Shown piece after piece: positions 9,262-19,609 of a DNA stretch of 64,000 nucleotides. This DNA comes from Thermodesulfovibrionales bacterium (lineage in GTDB: Bacteria; Nitrospirota; Thermodesulfovibrionia; Thermodesulfovibrionales; UBA6898): contig JBIOIY010000001.1 of assembly GCA_044450345.1 (NCBI GenBank), positions 128,001-192,000 of the forward strand, written 5' to 3'. The position numbers and the translations under genes are program-made. The notes under the pieces were generated by a model. The model was not told the DNA's origin and ran no database searches. It worked only from the letters and a program-made list of their open reading frames with translations. Position 1 is the first letter of the stretch. Each line of letters starts with the position of its first letter.

Positions 9262-9341
9262 TTTATGATTACGCATGTGATTCAAAGTTATTTTTTTTAT
9301 ATGTTATATGCTAAAATAGGAGCTGGTTATGGAGGAAAAAT

Positions 9342-11141
9342 TTGAACACGTATAGAAGTCTCTTTATATGGCTGCTCATAGGATTGATGGTGATACTGCT
9401 TTTCAATCTTCTGAACGCCCCGAAAAAATCCCAGGAAGAGATAATCTTCTCCGATTTCATGACGAAACTTGAGGGAACGCAGGTCGATGAGGTCACCATA
9501 AAAGAAAACGCCATAACCGGCCGCTTTAAGGACGGCGTAAAGTTCAAGACTTATTACACGGACTACCCGGACCTCGTCAAGGCCCTCCGTTCCCAGAACG
9601 TGAAGATAACCGTCAAACCGCCCGACCAAAACCCGTGGTACGTCAACCTCTTTTTCACCTGGGGGCCGATCATATTTATCGCGGTCATCTGGATCTTCTT
9701 TATGCGGCAGATGCAAAGCGGCGGCAACAAGGCGTTATCATTCGGCAAGTCAAAGGCGAGGCTGATTTCCGAGAAGGCCGTGAAGGTCACGTTTGCCGAC
9801 GTGGCAGGAGTCGAAGAGGCGAAGGGCGAGGTGCAGGAAATCATAGACTTTCTCAAGGATCCGCAGAAGTTCCAGAAATTGGGCGGCAAGATACCAAAAG
9901 GTGTTCTTCTCGTGGGGTCACCCGGCACGGGTAAAACCCTCCTTGCAAAGGCTATCGCAGGGGAAGCGGGTGTGCCTTTCTTCAGTATAAGCGGTTCGGA
10001 CTTCGTCGAGATGTTTGTAGGCGTGGGGGCGTCAAGGGTAAGGGACCTTTTTGAACAGGCGAAGAAAAACGCGCCTTGTATTATTTTTATAGACGAGATA
10101 GACGCGGTAGGAAGGCATAGGGGGGCAGGACTCGGCGGCGGACACGATGAGCGCGAGCAGACACTCAACCAGCTGCTGGTCGAAATGGACGGCTTTGAAG
10201 GCACCGAGGGGGTGATCATTATAGCGGCCACAAACAGGCCCGATGTCCTCGACCCGGCACTGCTGAGGCCGGGAAGGTTCGACAGACAAGTCGTCGTCTC
10301 TCTGCCCGACGTGAAGGGCAGGCTTGAGATACTTAAGGTACATACCCGTAATATACCGCTTGACGAGAAGGTCGATCTCGATAAGATAGCGAGGGGAACT
10401 CCAGGATTCTCCGGCGCCGACCTTGCCAATCTCGTAAATGAGGCGGCCCTGCTCGCAGCGAGACAATCGAAGACAAAGGTCGAGAACCCGGACTTCGAAT
10501 CTGCGAAGGACAAGGTACTTATGGGTGTGGAGAGAAAGAGTATGATCATAAGCGACACAGAGAAAAAGAACACCGCCTACCATGAGGCAGGTCACGCTCT
10601 TGTCGCCAAACTCACGCCCGGCACCGACCCGATCCATAAAGTGAGCATAATTCCGAGAGGTAGGGCGCTCGGAGTTACCCAACAACTGCCGATAGACGAC
10701 AGATATACCTATTCGAAAGATTATCTGATCAAGACGCTCCGGGTGCTCATGGGCGGAAGGGTCGCCGAGGAGCTTGCACTGCACCATATGACCACCGGGG
10801 CGGGCAACGATATCGAACGGGCCACTGAACTCGCGAGGAAAATGGTAACTGTCTGGGGAATGAGCGACAAACTGGGACCGCTTTCCTACGGTAAGAAGGA
10901 AGAGCAGATATTCCTTGGGAGGGAGATCGCCCAGCATAAGGACTACAGCGAAAAAACCGCGATCGATATCGACGATGAGGTAAAAAAGGTAGTCTTCGAG
11001 GCATATGAGGCCGCAAAGAATCTGCTGAAAGACAGGTTTGCGCTGCTCGATACTTTTGCAAAGCATCTCCTCGAAAAGGAGACTATGGACGGTCCTGAAA
11101 TAGACCAGATGATCCAGGAATTCGAGGCTCAGACAGTATAA
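9342..11141 (+). CDS. ftsH: ATP-dependent zinc metalloprotease FtsH
   Basis: Two TM helices, Walker [33 protein letters not shown] before a TTG start. Confidence 0.98.
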   Translation: MNTYRSLFIWLLIGLMVILLFNLLNAPKKSQEEIIFSDFMTKLEGTQVDEVTIKENAITGRFKDGVKFKTYYTDYPDLVKALRSQNVKITVKPPDQNPWYVNLFFTWGPIIFIAVIWIFFMRQMQSGGNKALSFGKSKARLISEKAVKVTFADVAGVEEAKGEVQEIIDFLKDPQKFQKLGGKIPKGVLLVGSPGTGKTLLAKAIAGEAGVPFFSISGSDFVEMFVGVGASRVRDLFEQAKKNAPCIIFIDEIDAVGRHRGAGLGGGHDEREQTLNQLLVEMDGFEGTEGVIIIAATNRPDVLDPALLRPGRFDRQVVVSLPDVKGRLEILKVHTRNIPLDEKVDLDKIARGTPGFSGADLANLVNEAALLAARQSKTKVENPDFESAKDKVLMGVERKSMIISDTEKKNTAYHEAGHALVAKLTPGTDPIHKVSIIPRGRALGVTQQLPIDDRYTYSKDYLIKTLRVLMGGRVAEELALHHMTTGAGNDIERATELARKMVTVWGMSDKLGPLSYGKKEEQIFLGREIAQHKDYSEKTAIDIDDEVKKVVFEAYEAAKNLLKDRFALLDTFAKHLLEKETMDGPEIDQMIQEFEAQTV

Positions 11142-11158
11142 ACCCCGGGGATCCGGCC

Positions 11159-12004
11159 TTGAACCTGTCCTGGAATAACTTCTCTCTGAACATCTCACGC
11201 AAAACCCACATCATGGGAATCCTGAACGTCACCCCGGATTCCTTTTCAGACGGCGGTCTTCTTTTTGACAAGACGCACGCCGTTGAGGCTTGCCTGCGCA
11301 TGGTGGATGAAGGCGCCGACATCATCGATATCGGAGGTGAATCCACACGGCCGGGATCAGACCCGGTGCCTTTTGATGAAGAACTCCGCAGGACCCTCCC
11401 GGTCATCGAGTCGCTCTCGTCAAAAGTAAAGGTCCCTATTTCCATAGACACCTATAAAGCAGATGTAGCCAGAAGGGCCCTCGATGCAGGTGCATCCATC
11501 GTCAATGATATAAGCGGCCTGACGTACGACCCGGAGATGCCGGCGGTCATTGCGCGGTATAGCGTCCCTGTGGTGATCATGCACATAAAGGGAAGCCCCA
11601 AGAACATGCAGAAGAACCCTTCTTACAATGCGCTGATTCCGGAGATCCTGGAATACTTCAGATCGCGTATCGCTTTTGCGGTGAAATCGGGGATACCGGA
11701 GGACAGGATAATAATCGACCCCGGGATAGGATTCGGAAAAACGTTCGACCACAACCTGGAGATACTGCACAATCTCCGCAAATTCACCACCCTCGGCAGA
11801 CCGGTCCTCATCGGACCATCGAGGAAGGCATTCATAGGCAAAATCCTTGACGATGCCCCCGCCACGGATCGCATCGAAGGCACCTCAGCCGCGGTCGCGA
11901 TCTCGATCATGCAGGGCGCAAACATCGTCCGCGTTCACGATGTCAAAGAGATGGTGAAGGTCGCAAAGGTCGCAGATGCGATAAAAAGGGAACGCGTCGA
12001 CTAA
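11159..12004 (+). CDS. folP: Dihydropteroate synthase
   Basis: MGILNVTPDSFSDGG, IGGESTRPG, DPGIGFGK, SRKAF, RVHDV; follows ftsH. Confidence 0.97.
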   Translation: MNLSWNNFSLNISRKTHIMGILNVTPDSFSDGGLLFDKTHAVEACLRMVDEGADIIDIGGESTRPGSDPVPFDEELRRTLPVIESLSSKVKVPISIDTYKADVARRALDAGASIVNDISGLTYDPEMPAVIARYSVPVVIMHIKGSPKNMQKNPSYNALIPEILEYFRSRIAFAVKSGIPEDRIIIDPGIGFGKTFDHNLEILHNLRKFTTLGRPVLIGPSRKAFIGKILDDAPATDRIEGTSAAVAISIMQGANIVRVHDVKEMVKVAKVADAIKRERVD

Positions 12005-12014
12005 AACTGACAAT

Positions 12015-12641
12015 TTATCTTCGTGGGTGTTGTCTTCGCCAGTCCACGGGCAACTGCGACAGGCCGTCCTCGCCCCATATCCCCCGCTTCCCCTCCCTCG
12101 CCTGCCTTTGGGCCGATGTAAACTCGTCCACATGTGTAACGTTGGGCGGGAATGTAAATAATACCGCGTAGCCGTCCCTCAACATATCGGCGTTCACCAG
12201 CCTGCCTTCGGTTGTTCTCATATATGCAAGGAGACGGCCGTACTTGTCGCGTCTTTCGACATCATACTCTACATACACATTCCGTAACGGATAGAGGATA
12301 TCTTCGAGATGTCTCTTCGCCCTCTCACCCCATGAGCCCTGCCCCATTTCAGGGGCATCGATCCCGATCAGCCTTATCTTCTCGCGGCGTCCATTGAACG
12401 AAACAGTGACCGTATCGCCGTCGTTCACCCGCACAACCCTCGCGGCATTTCCAGCCTTGTCCCTTACCCCGGCTATAGCCCCTTCACTGAAAATTAGCAA
12501 TAGCGATAGCAAACCAAAGGCTGTCAGGATAATCCTCGACTTCCGTAAACGCGAATCACGGCTATTGTAGGGGCACATTGCAATGTGCCCTCTACTCCCG
12601 TAGCGAAAGGCGGTTTTCCCAACAAATGAATACAGGTTCAT
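12015..12641 (-). CDS. Thermonuclease (SNase) family protein, exported; start uncertain
   Basis: VNDGDT, IRLIGIDAPE, DKYGRLLAY, GIW; hydrophobic signal segment. Confidence 0.88.
   Translation of the reverse strand: MNLYSFVGKTAFRYGSRGHIAMCPYNSRDSRLRKSRIILTAFGLLSLLLIFSEGAIAGVRDKAGNAARVVRVNDGDTVTVSFNGRREKIRLIGIDAPEMGQGSWGERAKRHLEDILYPLRNVYVEYDVERRDKYGRLLAYMRTTEGRLVNADMLRDGYAVLFTFPPNVTHVDEFTSAQRQAREGKRGIWGEDGLSQLPVDWRRQHPRR
12567..12600. repeat. GTAG-type REP palindrome, family D, copy 1
   Basis: GTAG-GGGCACATTGCAATGTGCCC-TCTACTCCCG with a perfect 20-bp palindrome; second copy at 26026. Confidence 0.8.
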
Positions 12642-12665
12642 ATATTTGAGAAATGTCTCATCTTC

Positions 12666-13832
12666 CTAGTCCACAACCAGAAAGGCGCACTTCAGATACT
12701 CGGTCTCCGGCATAGAAAGAAGGACAGGATGGTCCCTGTCCTGTGAACGGAGTTCAATCAATCTCAGTCCTCTCCGCGCGTCCCTCGATGCATCCCGCAG
12801 CATATCGAGAAACATCTCCTTGCCGAGGTGATAGGAGCACGAAGAGGTCGCAAGCAGGCCGCCCGGCTTTATCAGCCCCATGCAGAGACCGTTCAGCTCG
12901 CGATAGGCCCTTACCGCCTCTTTGATCTTCGCCGAGCTTTTCACAAAGGCAGGCGGATCGCAAACGATGAAATCGTATTTTTCCCCTTCTTCCGCCGTCT
13001 TCTTTTTCAAGAAAGAGAAGACGTTGTCTTGGACAAACACGGCCTTGCCCCGAAGCGAATTCATCTCAGCGTTTTTCACTGCGCGTTTTGTCGCGCTCTC
13101 AGACTCATCGATACCCGTCATCTCCGCCCCCCGGGAGGCGAGACTCAACGACCATGCACCGGTATAACAAAAAAGATCAAGCCCCCTCCCGCCCTTTACG
13201 TATCGTCTGAGCGCCCTTCTGTTTTCTTTCTGGTCCAAAAAAAATCCGGTCTTCTGGCCTTCGTAGGGATCGACTTCGAAAGCCACCCCGCCCTCCTCGA
13301 TCACAGGAAGCTCGTCAAGAGAGCCCTTCGCCACTTCCTTATAGAGTGAAAGTCCTTCGAGAATGCGAGAACGACCCTCATTCTTCAGGACTATGACGTC
13401 CGGGTCGAGCATCTCGTCAATCAGACCGATAAGCAGGTCTTTTATGCGTTCGATACCATAGGTAAGGAGCTGAAGGACGATACACCTGCCGTACTTGTCG
13501 ACGATCAGTCCGGGAAAATAATCCCCCTCGCTGTATATAAGCCTGAGGGCATCGCGGTCTTCGAATAACCTTTCCCTTAAGTCAAAAGCTTCACGCAGCC
13601 GTCTTTTAAAAAAGTCCCGGTTTATCTCCTCACGCTCCCACGAAAGTATCCTTATCGAGATAAGACTATTGGGGTTTATGTAGCCCGTCCCGAGAAAGTT
13701 TTCCTGCCGGTCAAAGAGCTCCACGAGAGAACCCGGAATATACCCTTTCAGATTTTCGTAGATCTCGTTCGAAAACACCCACAGGTGTCCCCCGTGGATC
13801 CTCTTCGTTCTTTTTAGATGGACCCTCTGCAT
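12666..13832 (-). CDS. rlmI: RlmI-family 23S rRNA m5C methyltransferase
   Basis: PUA-like N-terminus (HLWVFSNEI), SEGD.FPGLIVD, GQKTGFFLDQ, LDLFCYTG, DPPAF, SCS, EYLK. Confidence 0.88.
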   Translation of the reverse strand: MQRVHLKRTKRIHGGHLWVFSNEIYENLKGYIPGSLVELFDRQENFLGTGYINPNSLISIRILSWEREEINRDFFKRRLREAFDLRERLFEDRDALRLIYSEGDYFPGLIVDKYGRCIVLQLLTYGIERIKDLLIGLIDEMLDPDVIVLKNEGRSRILEGLSLYKEVAKGSLDELPVIEEGGVAFEVDPYEGQKTGFFLDQKENRRALRRYVKGGRGLDLFCYTGAWSLSLASRGAEMTGIDESESATKRAVKNAEMNSLRGKAVFVQDNVFSFLKKKTAEEGEKYDFIVCDPPAFVKSSAKIKEAVRAYRELNGLCMGLIKPGGLLATSSCSYHLGKEMFLDMLRDASRDARRGLRLIELRSQDRDHPVLLSMPETEYLKCAFLVVD

Positions 13833-13847
13833 ATTACCTTTCTTCTG

Positions 13848-14387
13848 CTATTTGATGAATAAGAAAAATCCATTCACAAAATATACAATGCCGAAGACAC
13901 CCACGATGCAGCCGAGCAGCCAGAGGAGTTTTTTCTTCATCAGGGCGGCGATGGAAGACAGGAGGATCGCTATCTGCAGGAATATCACCGCCATGCCGAA
14001 GGCCTTGGAATGTTTCTGTGCGTCGTCCCTGATTCTCTCCAACTCCCTCGCATCTCTGTCTATCTTCGCCTTTTCCTCGTCGTATTTTTTTATCTTTTTT
14101 GCATACACGTCTATCTTCTTCTCATACTCCTCTGCCAAAGACTTCGAGGCCCTCGGACCCATAGCCTTCAGTTCGAGTTCGAGCTTTTCCTTCTGTATCT
14201 CATAGACATAGCCCTTGATACTCTTGGACTGGTAATACGACCATTGGTCGGACGCCTTGCTCTGGCTCATTACAGCCAGGGTAGAATAATTTCCGCCCTT
14301 GAAGGTAGACAGCGTAGCACAGACAGCCAGAATAACCGTTGTCAGCGCAAGATAGTTCAGCCATTTTTCCTTTTTTTCTTCCACCAT
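13848..14387 (-). CDS. DUF4337-like membrane protein
   Basis: TM helix, ASDQWSYYQSKSIK, coiled coil, FLQIAILLSSIA plus a further TM helix. Confidence 0.75.
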   Translation of the reverse strand: MVEEKKEKWLNYLALTTVILAVCATLSTFKGGNYSTLAVMSQSKASDQWSYYQSKSIKGYVYEIQKEKLELELKAMGPRASKSLAEEYEKKIDVYAKKIKKYDEEKAKIDRDARELERIRDDAQKHSKAFGMAVIFLQIAILLSSIAALMKKKLLWLLGCIVGVFGIVYFVNGFFLFIK

Positions 14388-14473
14388 TATTCGGTTCTCC
14401 TCACATTTGTTTTATTATTATAGAAGATTAATGATATCAATAAAATAGAAATGACAGTGATTGGTCACAAAAA

Positions 14474-14565
14474 GTTTACCCCGTGAGAATGCCCCGCTGC
14501 TTGCGGCTGGGATCCCCATGTGAGCATTCCCTTAGAAGGGCGAAATGTCTTCTCACGGGGTTTAC
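14474..14565. repeat. Palindromic intergenic repeat, family E
   Basis: Perfect 11-bp inverted repeat CCCCGTGAGAA (14479-14489) / TTCTCACGGGG (14550-14560) enclosing a family-A-like CCCCGCTGCTTGCGGCTGGG. Confidence 0.6.
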
Positions 14566-14616
14566 TTACACCATCTAACTGTGATATAAATACGGAACAT
14601 CTTTTAGAGAGCTGAC

Positions 14617-15186
14617 TTGTCAAAAAAATCCAGACGGAAAACAACTGAACATGACGCCGATGCCGGGTTGCCGAAAGGCGCCTCCATAAGCGTCAAACGT
14701 TTCGCCTTCACCTATCTTGCCCTTATGGGGGCCTTTTTCGTACTTATAGGATTCAAACCAATTCAAGATATTATTGATCTTAACGGTGTCTATACCGCCG
14801 GCGTTGTGCTGGCCACGTCGAAACTCCTAAGCGTGCTGAATATTCCCTGCACGTACCAGGGGTCCATTATCAATCTCCCTTCGATATCGCTGGACATCAA
14901 ATTCGGGTGCAATGGCCTTGAGGCCGTGATGATCTATTCTGTTGCGGTCGTTGCCTTCCCCTCGACGTGGAAGAATAAATTGATCGGAGTGGTAGGGGGC
15001 TTCGCCGTTATTCAGGTGGTGAATATTCTTAGGATCGCCTCATTGGCCTATTCCGGAATCCATTTCAAGAGCCTCTTCGAGGTTATCCATATCTATATTG
15101 CTCAGGGCATGATGATCGCTGTCTCCCTTGCCGTATTTTTCCTTTATCTGCATTATGCAAGAACCGAGACAACGGCCGCTGCTTAA
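14617..15186 (+). CDS. xrtH: Exosortase/archaeosortase-family transpeptidase, exosortase H-like
   Basis: Short polytopic protein with a Cys-Arg-His triad: FGCNGLEA, NILRIA, VIHIY. Confidence 0.8.
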   Translation: MSKKSRRKTTEHDADAGLPKGASISVKRFAFTYLALMGAFFVLIGFKPIQDIIDLNGVYTAGVVLATSKLLSVLNIPCTYQGSIINLPSISLDIKFGCNGLEAVMIYSVAVVAFPSTWKNKLIGVVGGFAVIQVVNILRIASLAYSGIHFKSLFEVIHIYIAQGMMIAVSLAVFFLYLHYARTETTAAA

Positions 15187-15724
15187 GAAGACGGTCTTTG
15201 GGGCCGTCGCCATCTTTCTCGTTTCGTACGTCGTCTTTCTTTTCCTCTGGATTCAGATAAAGGACTCCTATGGAACTGCCGTCACCGTTACCGCGTCCAA
15301 ACTTCTCACCTTGGTGAAGAATGTCTCCTTCGAAGAAAAGACGATCAGCGGCGATACTGTCGAGGCGACGTTCGCGCCTTCGGACCGGAGGGAGATGCTT
15401 ATCGACATACCCGTCAGGACGTCTTCCTATACGTTCAACGCCCCTCTGACTTTTTCTTTCATGACCGCGCTGTACCTCTTCATCAGAAGAAGGAGGAGAG
15501 CCTATGCCGAGGCCATACTGATACTACTTGCAGTACACTTGCTCTATGTATTTTCTCTGGAGTTGAAGACGTTGACTGAGATCCTTATTCAGAGGGGCAT
15601 CGCAAAAGAAAGCGCGCCGCAACTGGTTTTAAGCCAGTTCCTCTGGAGCTTTACGGACAATATGGTGATACGGTTTGAACCCTTCCTGATAGGTTTTTAT
15701 ATGTTCACCAGGTTCGGCAGATAG
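15155..15724 (+). CDS. Exosortase-associated membrane protein
   Basis: Multi-TM ORF overlapping the exosortase 3' end; no catalytic Cys motif. Confidence 0.7.
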   Translation: MQEPRQRPLLKKTVFGAVAIFLVSYVVFLFLWIQIKDSYGTAVTVTASKLLTLVKNVSFEEKTISGDTVEATFAPSDRREMLIDIPVRTSSYTFNAPLTFSFMTALYLFIRRRRRAYAEAILILLAVHLLYVFSLELKTLTEILIQRGIAKESAPQLVLSQFLWSFTDNMVIRFEPFLIGFYMFTRFGR

Positions 15725-15799
15725 CGGCCGATGTCGCCCTCATTACTTCCCCGGCAATCCTGTTAAGGGCCGGGACCGTGCATATGCCGGATTCCTGCC

Positions 15800-17977
15800 T
15801 CAATACCACATCAATGCTTCGAAGTCCTCCGTCGGTACGAGTATACTTATATGCCCCCTCCAGGGACACCGTTCGATCTCCTCGCCGCCTTTCCTGACGG
15901 AGATGAAGAGATTGATCTCATCTCTCTCTCTCGCCCGCAGGTCGGCAAAAGGGATGCCGATCTCGAATATTTCGAGCGCAGCGACTTCGTTGATCTCCTT
16001 CAATTTCTTCCACTGTTCATTCGTTTTTTCGAAAAGTTCAGCCTTGTTCCCCTCTCCCTTAAGGGGATACGCTATTTTAATGCCGCCGGGACGTGACGTG
16101 ATGATCGAAAATTCTATATCCTCATCGAACTCGGCAAAGGGGACCTTTGGATCTATCCTCAGGAAAAGCGTATCCTTGTTAAAGCCGTAAAAGACCGTAG
16201 AGATAAGACTCTCGGATTTGTGCATGCTGCCGCCTGATTTCTTCACATCCAATTGGGCCCCCTGATACCACTCATAGTAGCTCGTAACGAGCCCGTCTAT
16301 CTTGGGTTTGATGAACCCTCTGATCATAAGCGTCGGAGAAACTCCCCTGTCGAGACGCAGAATGGGAACGAAGAGTTCGGCAGGGACCTCCTTGCCGGCC
16401 ACCTTATAGACCTTCATCAGATTAAACCTGAAGAGTTCGTCAAAATCCTCCTGCGTTTCCGTCGAATGCTCATCGCCGTACCACCAGTTCCAGTCGCTCC
16501 CCTCCGCCACATAAATCGCCTTCCAGGCATCTGCAGTGTCAAGAGACGGGTTCTGCTTCTCTATTTCCTTAAGTTTGTCTCTTGTTTCCGCAAGATAATC
16601 CCAGGCGAGGTTATCTTCTTCATGGCCCAGCCATATCCCGAAATTGGAGTTTATCCAGGAGCCCGGGAACACGTGATCGAGTCTTTCCCCCCTGCCAAAC
16701 TCGTTGATGAAGCCGGAGATAGTGGTCGTCTTCACCCTATCCTCCTTTGAAAGCCCCTCATAGAGATAGAGAAAAAAATCGCGGCCGTCATTTTTGTAGT
16801 GCTCCCACGCGTTCTCACCGTCGAGGATGATCGATACCAGGCCCGGCGCATCGCTGTTCAGAGAATTCCGGATCGCCCTTAACCTGCTTATCAGGTCTTC
16901 AGCGGCCTTCCTGGGGTCCCATTGTGAATAGACAAAGCCGAGGAGATCGGAGATCACATGATCTCTGAATACAAGGGAGACACCTTCATGCATATATGCC
17001 TTGTAAAGCAGGTCCGGCTGGGTCAGGCCGCCTGAGTTGTCCCTGAGACGCCTGTTCAGGGAATGGGAGAGGATCCCCTCGTCGGTAGCAAGCCACTGCA
17101 CCCCGTGTCGCGCGGCGATCCTGACCACCTCCTCGCTCACCGACCCCTCCGAAGGCCACATGCCTACGGGCCTGAATCCAAAGACCTTCTCGAAGTATTC
17201 GATCCCCATCCTTATTTGCGCATCCGCGTCATCGGGATGGATGAAGCGCTGCCTCGGAAGCCGCACGTTAGGCATGGCCGCACGCGCTGTGTCGGTATCG
17301 CAGATGAGCGGCAGAATCGGGTGATAAAAGGGCGAAAAAGAAAGTTCGACCTGCCCCCCTGACGCCATCTCCCTGTATGTCGGGACGATCCTTTTCACAA
17401 TCTCCAATTGTTTTTCGAGTAAAAGCGTCTTTTCCTCTTCGCTGAAATTATGGCCCTTGTCCGACAGCATTCTGAGAAAGGGGTCCTTTTCCCTGAAGAG
17501 GGGGTCTATCCAGCACAGGTTGAAGAAAACCTGGAGGTCCAGGAAATCACTGTCGGTAAAATATTTGATGGCCCTTATGAGGTCGCTTTTTATGAGGTGT
17601 GTCCCTCTCTTCACGAGGAGCTCATAATATTTCGGGAAGGGCTTGATCATATTTTCCCAGTGGGCGAGAAAGAAATTCTCCAGTATGAAGATCTTATCTT
17701 CCCCGCTTAGTTCCTTTGCGTTTTTCCTGCTTATTTCCAGGTAGAGGTCCTTTGCGTTCCCTTCCGAATAATCTAGGAGCTGTTCGAGAAGCGAAGGAAC
17801 AAGATTGAAGTTCTGCCGAACAGCAGGGAAGTCTTTCAGTATCTCGACCATGTCGAGATAGTCCTTAGTGCCGTGGAGCCGCGCCCACGGCAGCCGGTAG
17901 TATCCGCTGAGAGGGTCCCTGTAATAGGGCTGGTGCATATGCCAGACAAAGGCGACGTAGAGAGGATTATCTCTCAT
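15800..17977 (-). CDS. Glycoside hydrolase family 57 (amylopullulanase-like)
   Basis: WHMHQP, YHPILPL, MWPSEGSV, ILDGENAWE, AEGSDW.WW; ATG 17977 overlaps the ftsB end. Confidence 0.93.
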   Translation of the reverse strand: MRDNPLYVAFVWHMHQPYYRDPLSGYYRLPWARLHGTKDYLDMVEILKDFPAVRQNFNLVPSLLEQLLDYSEGNAKDLYLEISRKNAKELSGEDKIFILENFFLAHWENMIKPFPKYYELLVKRGTHLIKSDLIRAIKYFTDSDFLDLQVFFNLCWIDPLFREKDPFLRMLSDKGHNFSEEEKTLLLEKQLEIVKRIVPTYREMASGGQVELSFSPFYHPILPLICDTDTARAAMPNVRLPRQRFIHPDDADAQIRMGIEYFEKVFGFRPVGMWPSEGSVSEEVVRIAARHGVQWLATDEGILSHSLNRRLRDNSGGLTQPDLLYKAYMHEGVSLVFRDHVISDLLGFVYSQWDPRKAAEDLISRLRAIRNSLNSDAPGLVSIILDGENAWEHYKNDGRDFFLYLYEGLSKEDRVKTTTISGFINEFGRGERLDHVFPGSWINSNFGIWLGHEEDNLAWDYLAETRDKLKEIEKQNPSLDTADAWKAIYVAEGSDWNWWYGDEHSTETQEDFDELFRFNLMKVYKVAGKEVPAELFVPILRLDRGVSPTLMIRGFIKPKIDGLVTSYYEWYQGAQLDVKKSGGSMHKSESLISTVFYGFNKDTLFLRIDPKVPFAEFDEDIEFSIITSRPGGIKIAYPLKGEGNKAELFEKTNEQWKKLKEINEVAALEIFEIGIPFADLRARERDEINLFISVRKGGEEIERCPWRGHISILVPTEDFEALMWY

Positions 17978-18290
17978 ACTGGAATATATATTCGTCGGGC
18001 CTCGCAAGGCCGAATTCTTCCCTGGCGAATTTCTCTTTGTAAAACGGGTCTTCTTTAAGGAGCTTTATCTGCGTCCGGATCTGCTCGTTCTGTCTGCCTA
18101 TTTCGACCAGTTGTCTTTCAAGCCCCTTCCTGGTTCTGTTCAGTTCGAGATAGCGCAGGAGCCCCGCGTCGCCGAAGAGAAGGCTTATCGAAAGGTATAC
18201 GAAACTCAGTACCACAAAGGTAAGAAATATCAGTCTTCTTTTCTTGACCTCGGATACGACCTGTTTTCGTAAGAGGTTATGGGTGCTCAT
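17967..18290 (-). CDS. ftsB: Septum formation initiator FtsB/DivIC
   Basis: TM helix plus coiled coil, AREEFGLARPDE; directly follows eno. Confidence 0.88.
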   Translation of the reverse strand: MSTHNLLRKQVVSEVKKRRLIFLTFVVLSFVYLSISLLFGDAGLLRYLELNRTRKGLERQLVEIGRQNEQIRTQIKLLKEDPFYKEKFAREEFGLARPDEYIFQYER

Positions 18291-19564
18291 TATATGAGGT
18301 TATAAAAAGCCCTCTTGCCCCTGTATTCCGCCGCCCCTGCCAGCTCCTCCTCGATGACGAGAAGCCGGTTGTACTTGGCGACGCGCTCGCTCCGGGCCAG
18401 GGAGCCTGTCTTTATGAAGCCTGTATTGCAGGCCACCGCAAGGTCGGCGATCGTAGTGTCTTCCGTCTCACCCGACCGGTGCGAAATCACGGCGGTATAT
18501 CCGGCGGTCTTGGCCATCTCGATGGCATCCAGCGTCTCCGTCATCGTCCCGATCTGATTGAGTTTAACGAGGATGGAATTGGCGATCTTTTTCTCAATGC
18601 CCTGCTTCAGTATCTTCGTGTTCGTCACAAACACGTCGTCTCCCACCAACTGGACCTTTTTGCCGAGGGCCGAAGTCAGCGCGGCCCACCCATCCCAGTC
18701 GTTCTCCGCCAGACCGTCCTCTATCGATAGTACAGGATATTTCGAGATGATCCTTCCGTAATATTCGATCAGGTGCTTATAAGGCACCTTTTTGCCTTCA
18801 AACCGGTAAACGCCCTTTTCACAGAATTCTGAAGCGGCCACGTCAAGGGCCAGATACACGTCTTTCCCGGGCACATAACCGGACTCCTTCACCGCCTGAA
18901 TGATAAGCCTGATCGCCTCTTCGTTGCTCGAAAGGTCCGGGGCGAATCCCCCTTCGTCTCCCACCGCGGTATTAAGCCTTTTCCCTTTCAATATCTTTTT
19001 CAGAGTATGAAAAATCTCCGTGCCGGCGCGCAACGCAGAGGAAAAGTCGGACAAACCTGCCGGCATGATCATAAATTCCTGGATATCGAGGTTGTTGTCT
19101 GCATGCGCCCCGCCGTTCAGTATGTTCATCATCGGCACCGGCAGGACCTTGGCGTTGAGACCTCCTATATGTCTGTACAAGGGAAGACCCGCCTCGGCCG
19201 CAGCAGCACGGCAGACAGCCAGCGATACGCCGAGGATAGCGTTGGCGCCCAGTCTCCGCTTGTTATCGGTCCCGTCGAGTTCCCTCATGAGATCGTCGAT
19301 AAACACCTGTTCCGAGGCATCGATACCCCGTATCCTGGGCGCTATTTCCTCAAAGATATTCTTAACGGCCTTCTGCACCCCTTTGCCGTGAAACCTCTTG
19401 CCGCCGTCCCGGAGTTCGAGTGCCTCTCTCTTGCCTGTCGATGCGCCTGAGGGGACCGCCGCCCTCCCCATCACGCCGCCTTCGAGATACACATCTACCT
19501 CGACGGTCGGGTTACCCCTCGAATCAAGGACCTCTCTTGCAACTACATCTACGATTTCGCTCAT
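18290..19564 (-). CDS. eno: Enolase
   Basis: [41 protein letters not shown]. Confidence 0.98.
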   Translation of the reverse strand: MSEIVDVVAREVLDSRGNPTVEVDVYLEGGVMGRAAVPSGASTGKREALELRDGGKRFHGKGVQKAVKNIFEEIAPRIRGIDASEQVFIDDLMRELDGTDNKRRLGANAILGVSLAVCRAAAAEAGLPLYRHIGGLNAKVLPVPMMNILNGGAHADNNLDIQEFMIMPAGLSDFSSALRAGTEIFHTLKKILKGKRLNTAVGDEGGFAPDLSSNEEAIRLIIQAVKESGYVPGKDVYLALDVAASEFCEKGVYRFEGKKVPYKHLIEYYGRIISKYPVLSIEDGLAENDWDGWAALTSALGKKVQLVGDDVFVTNTKILKQGIEKKIANSILVKLNQIGTMTETLDAIEMAKTAGYTAVISHRSGETEDTTIADLAVACNTGFIKTGSLARSERVAKYNRLLVIEEELAGAAEYRGKRAFYNLI

Positions 19565-19609
19565 TGACGCCTCCCTGTCCTTATCAGAAGTTGAATATCG
19601 GTCGCGGAC

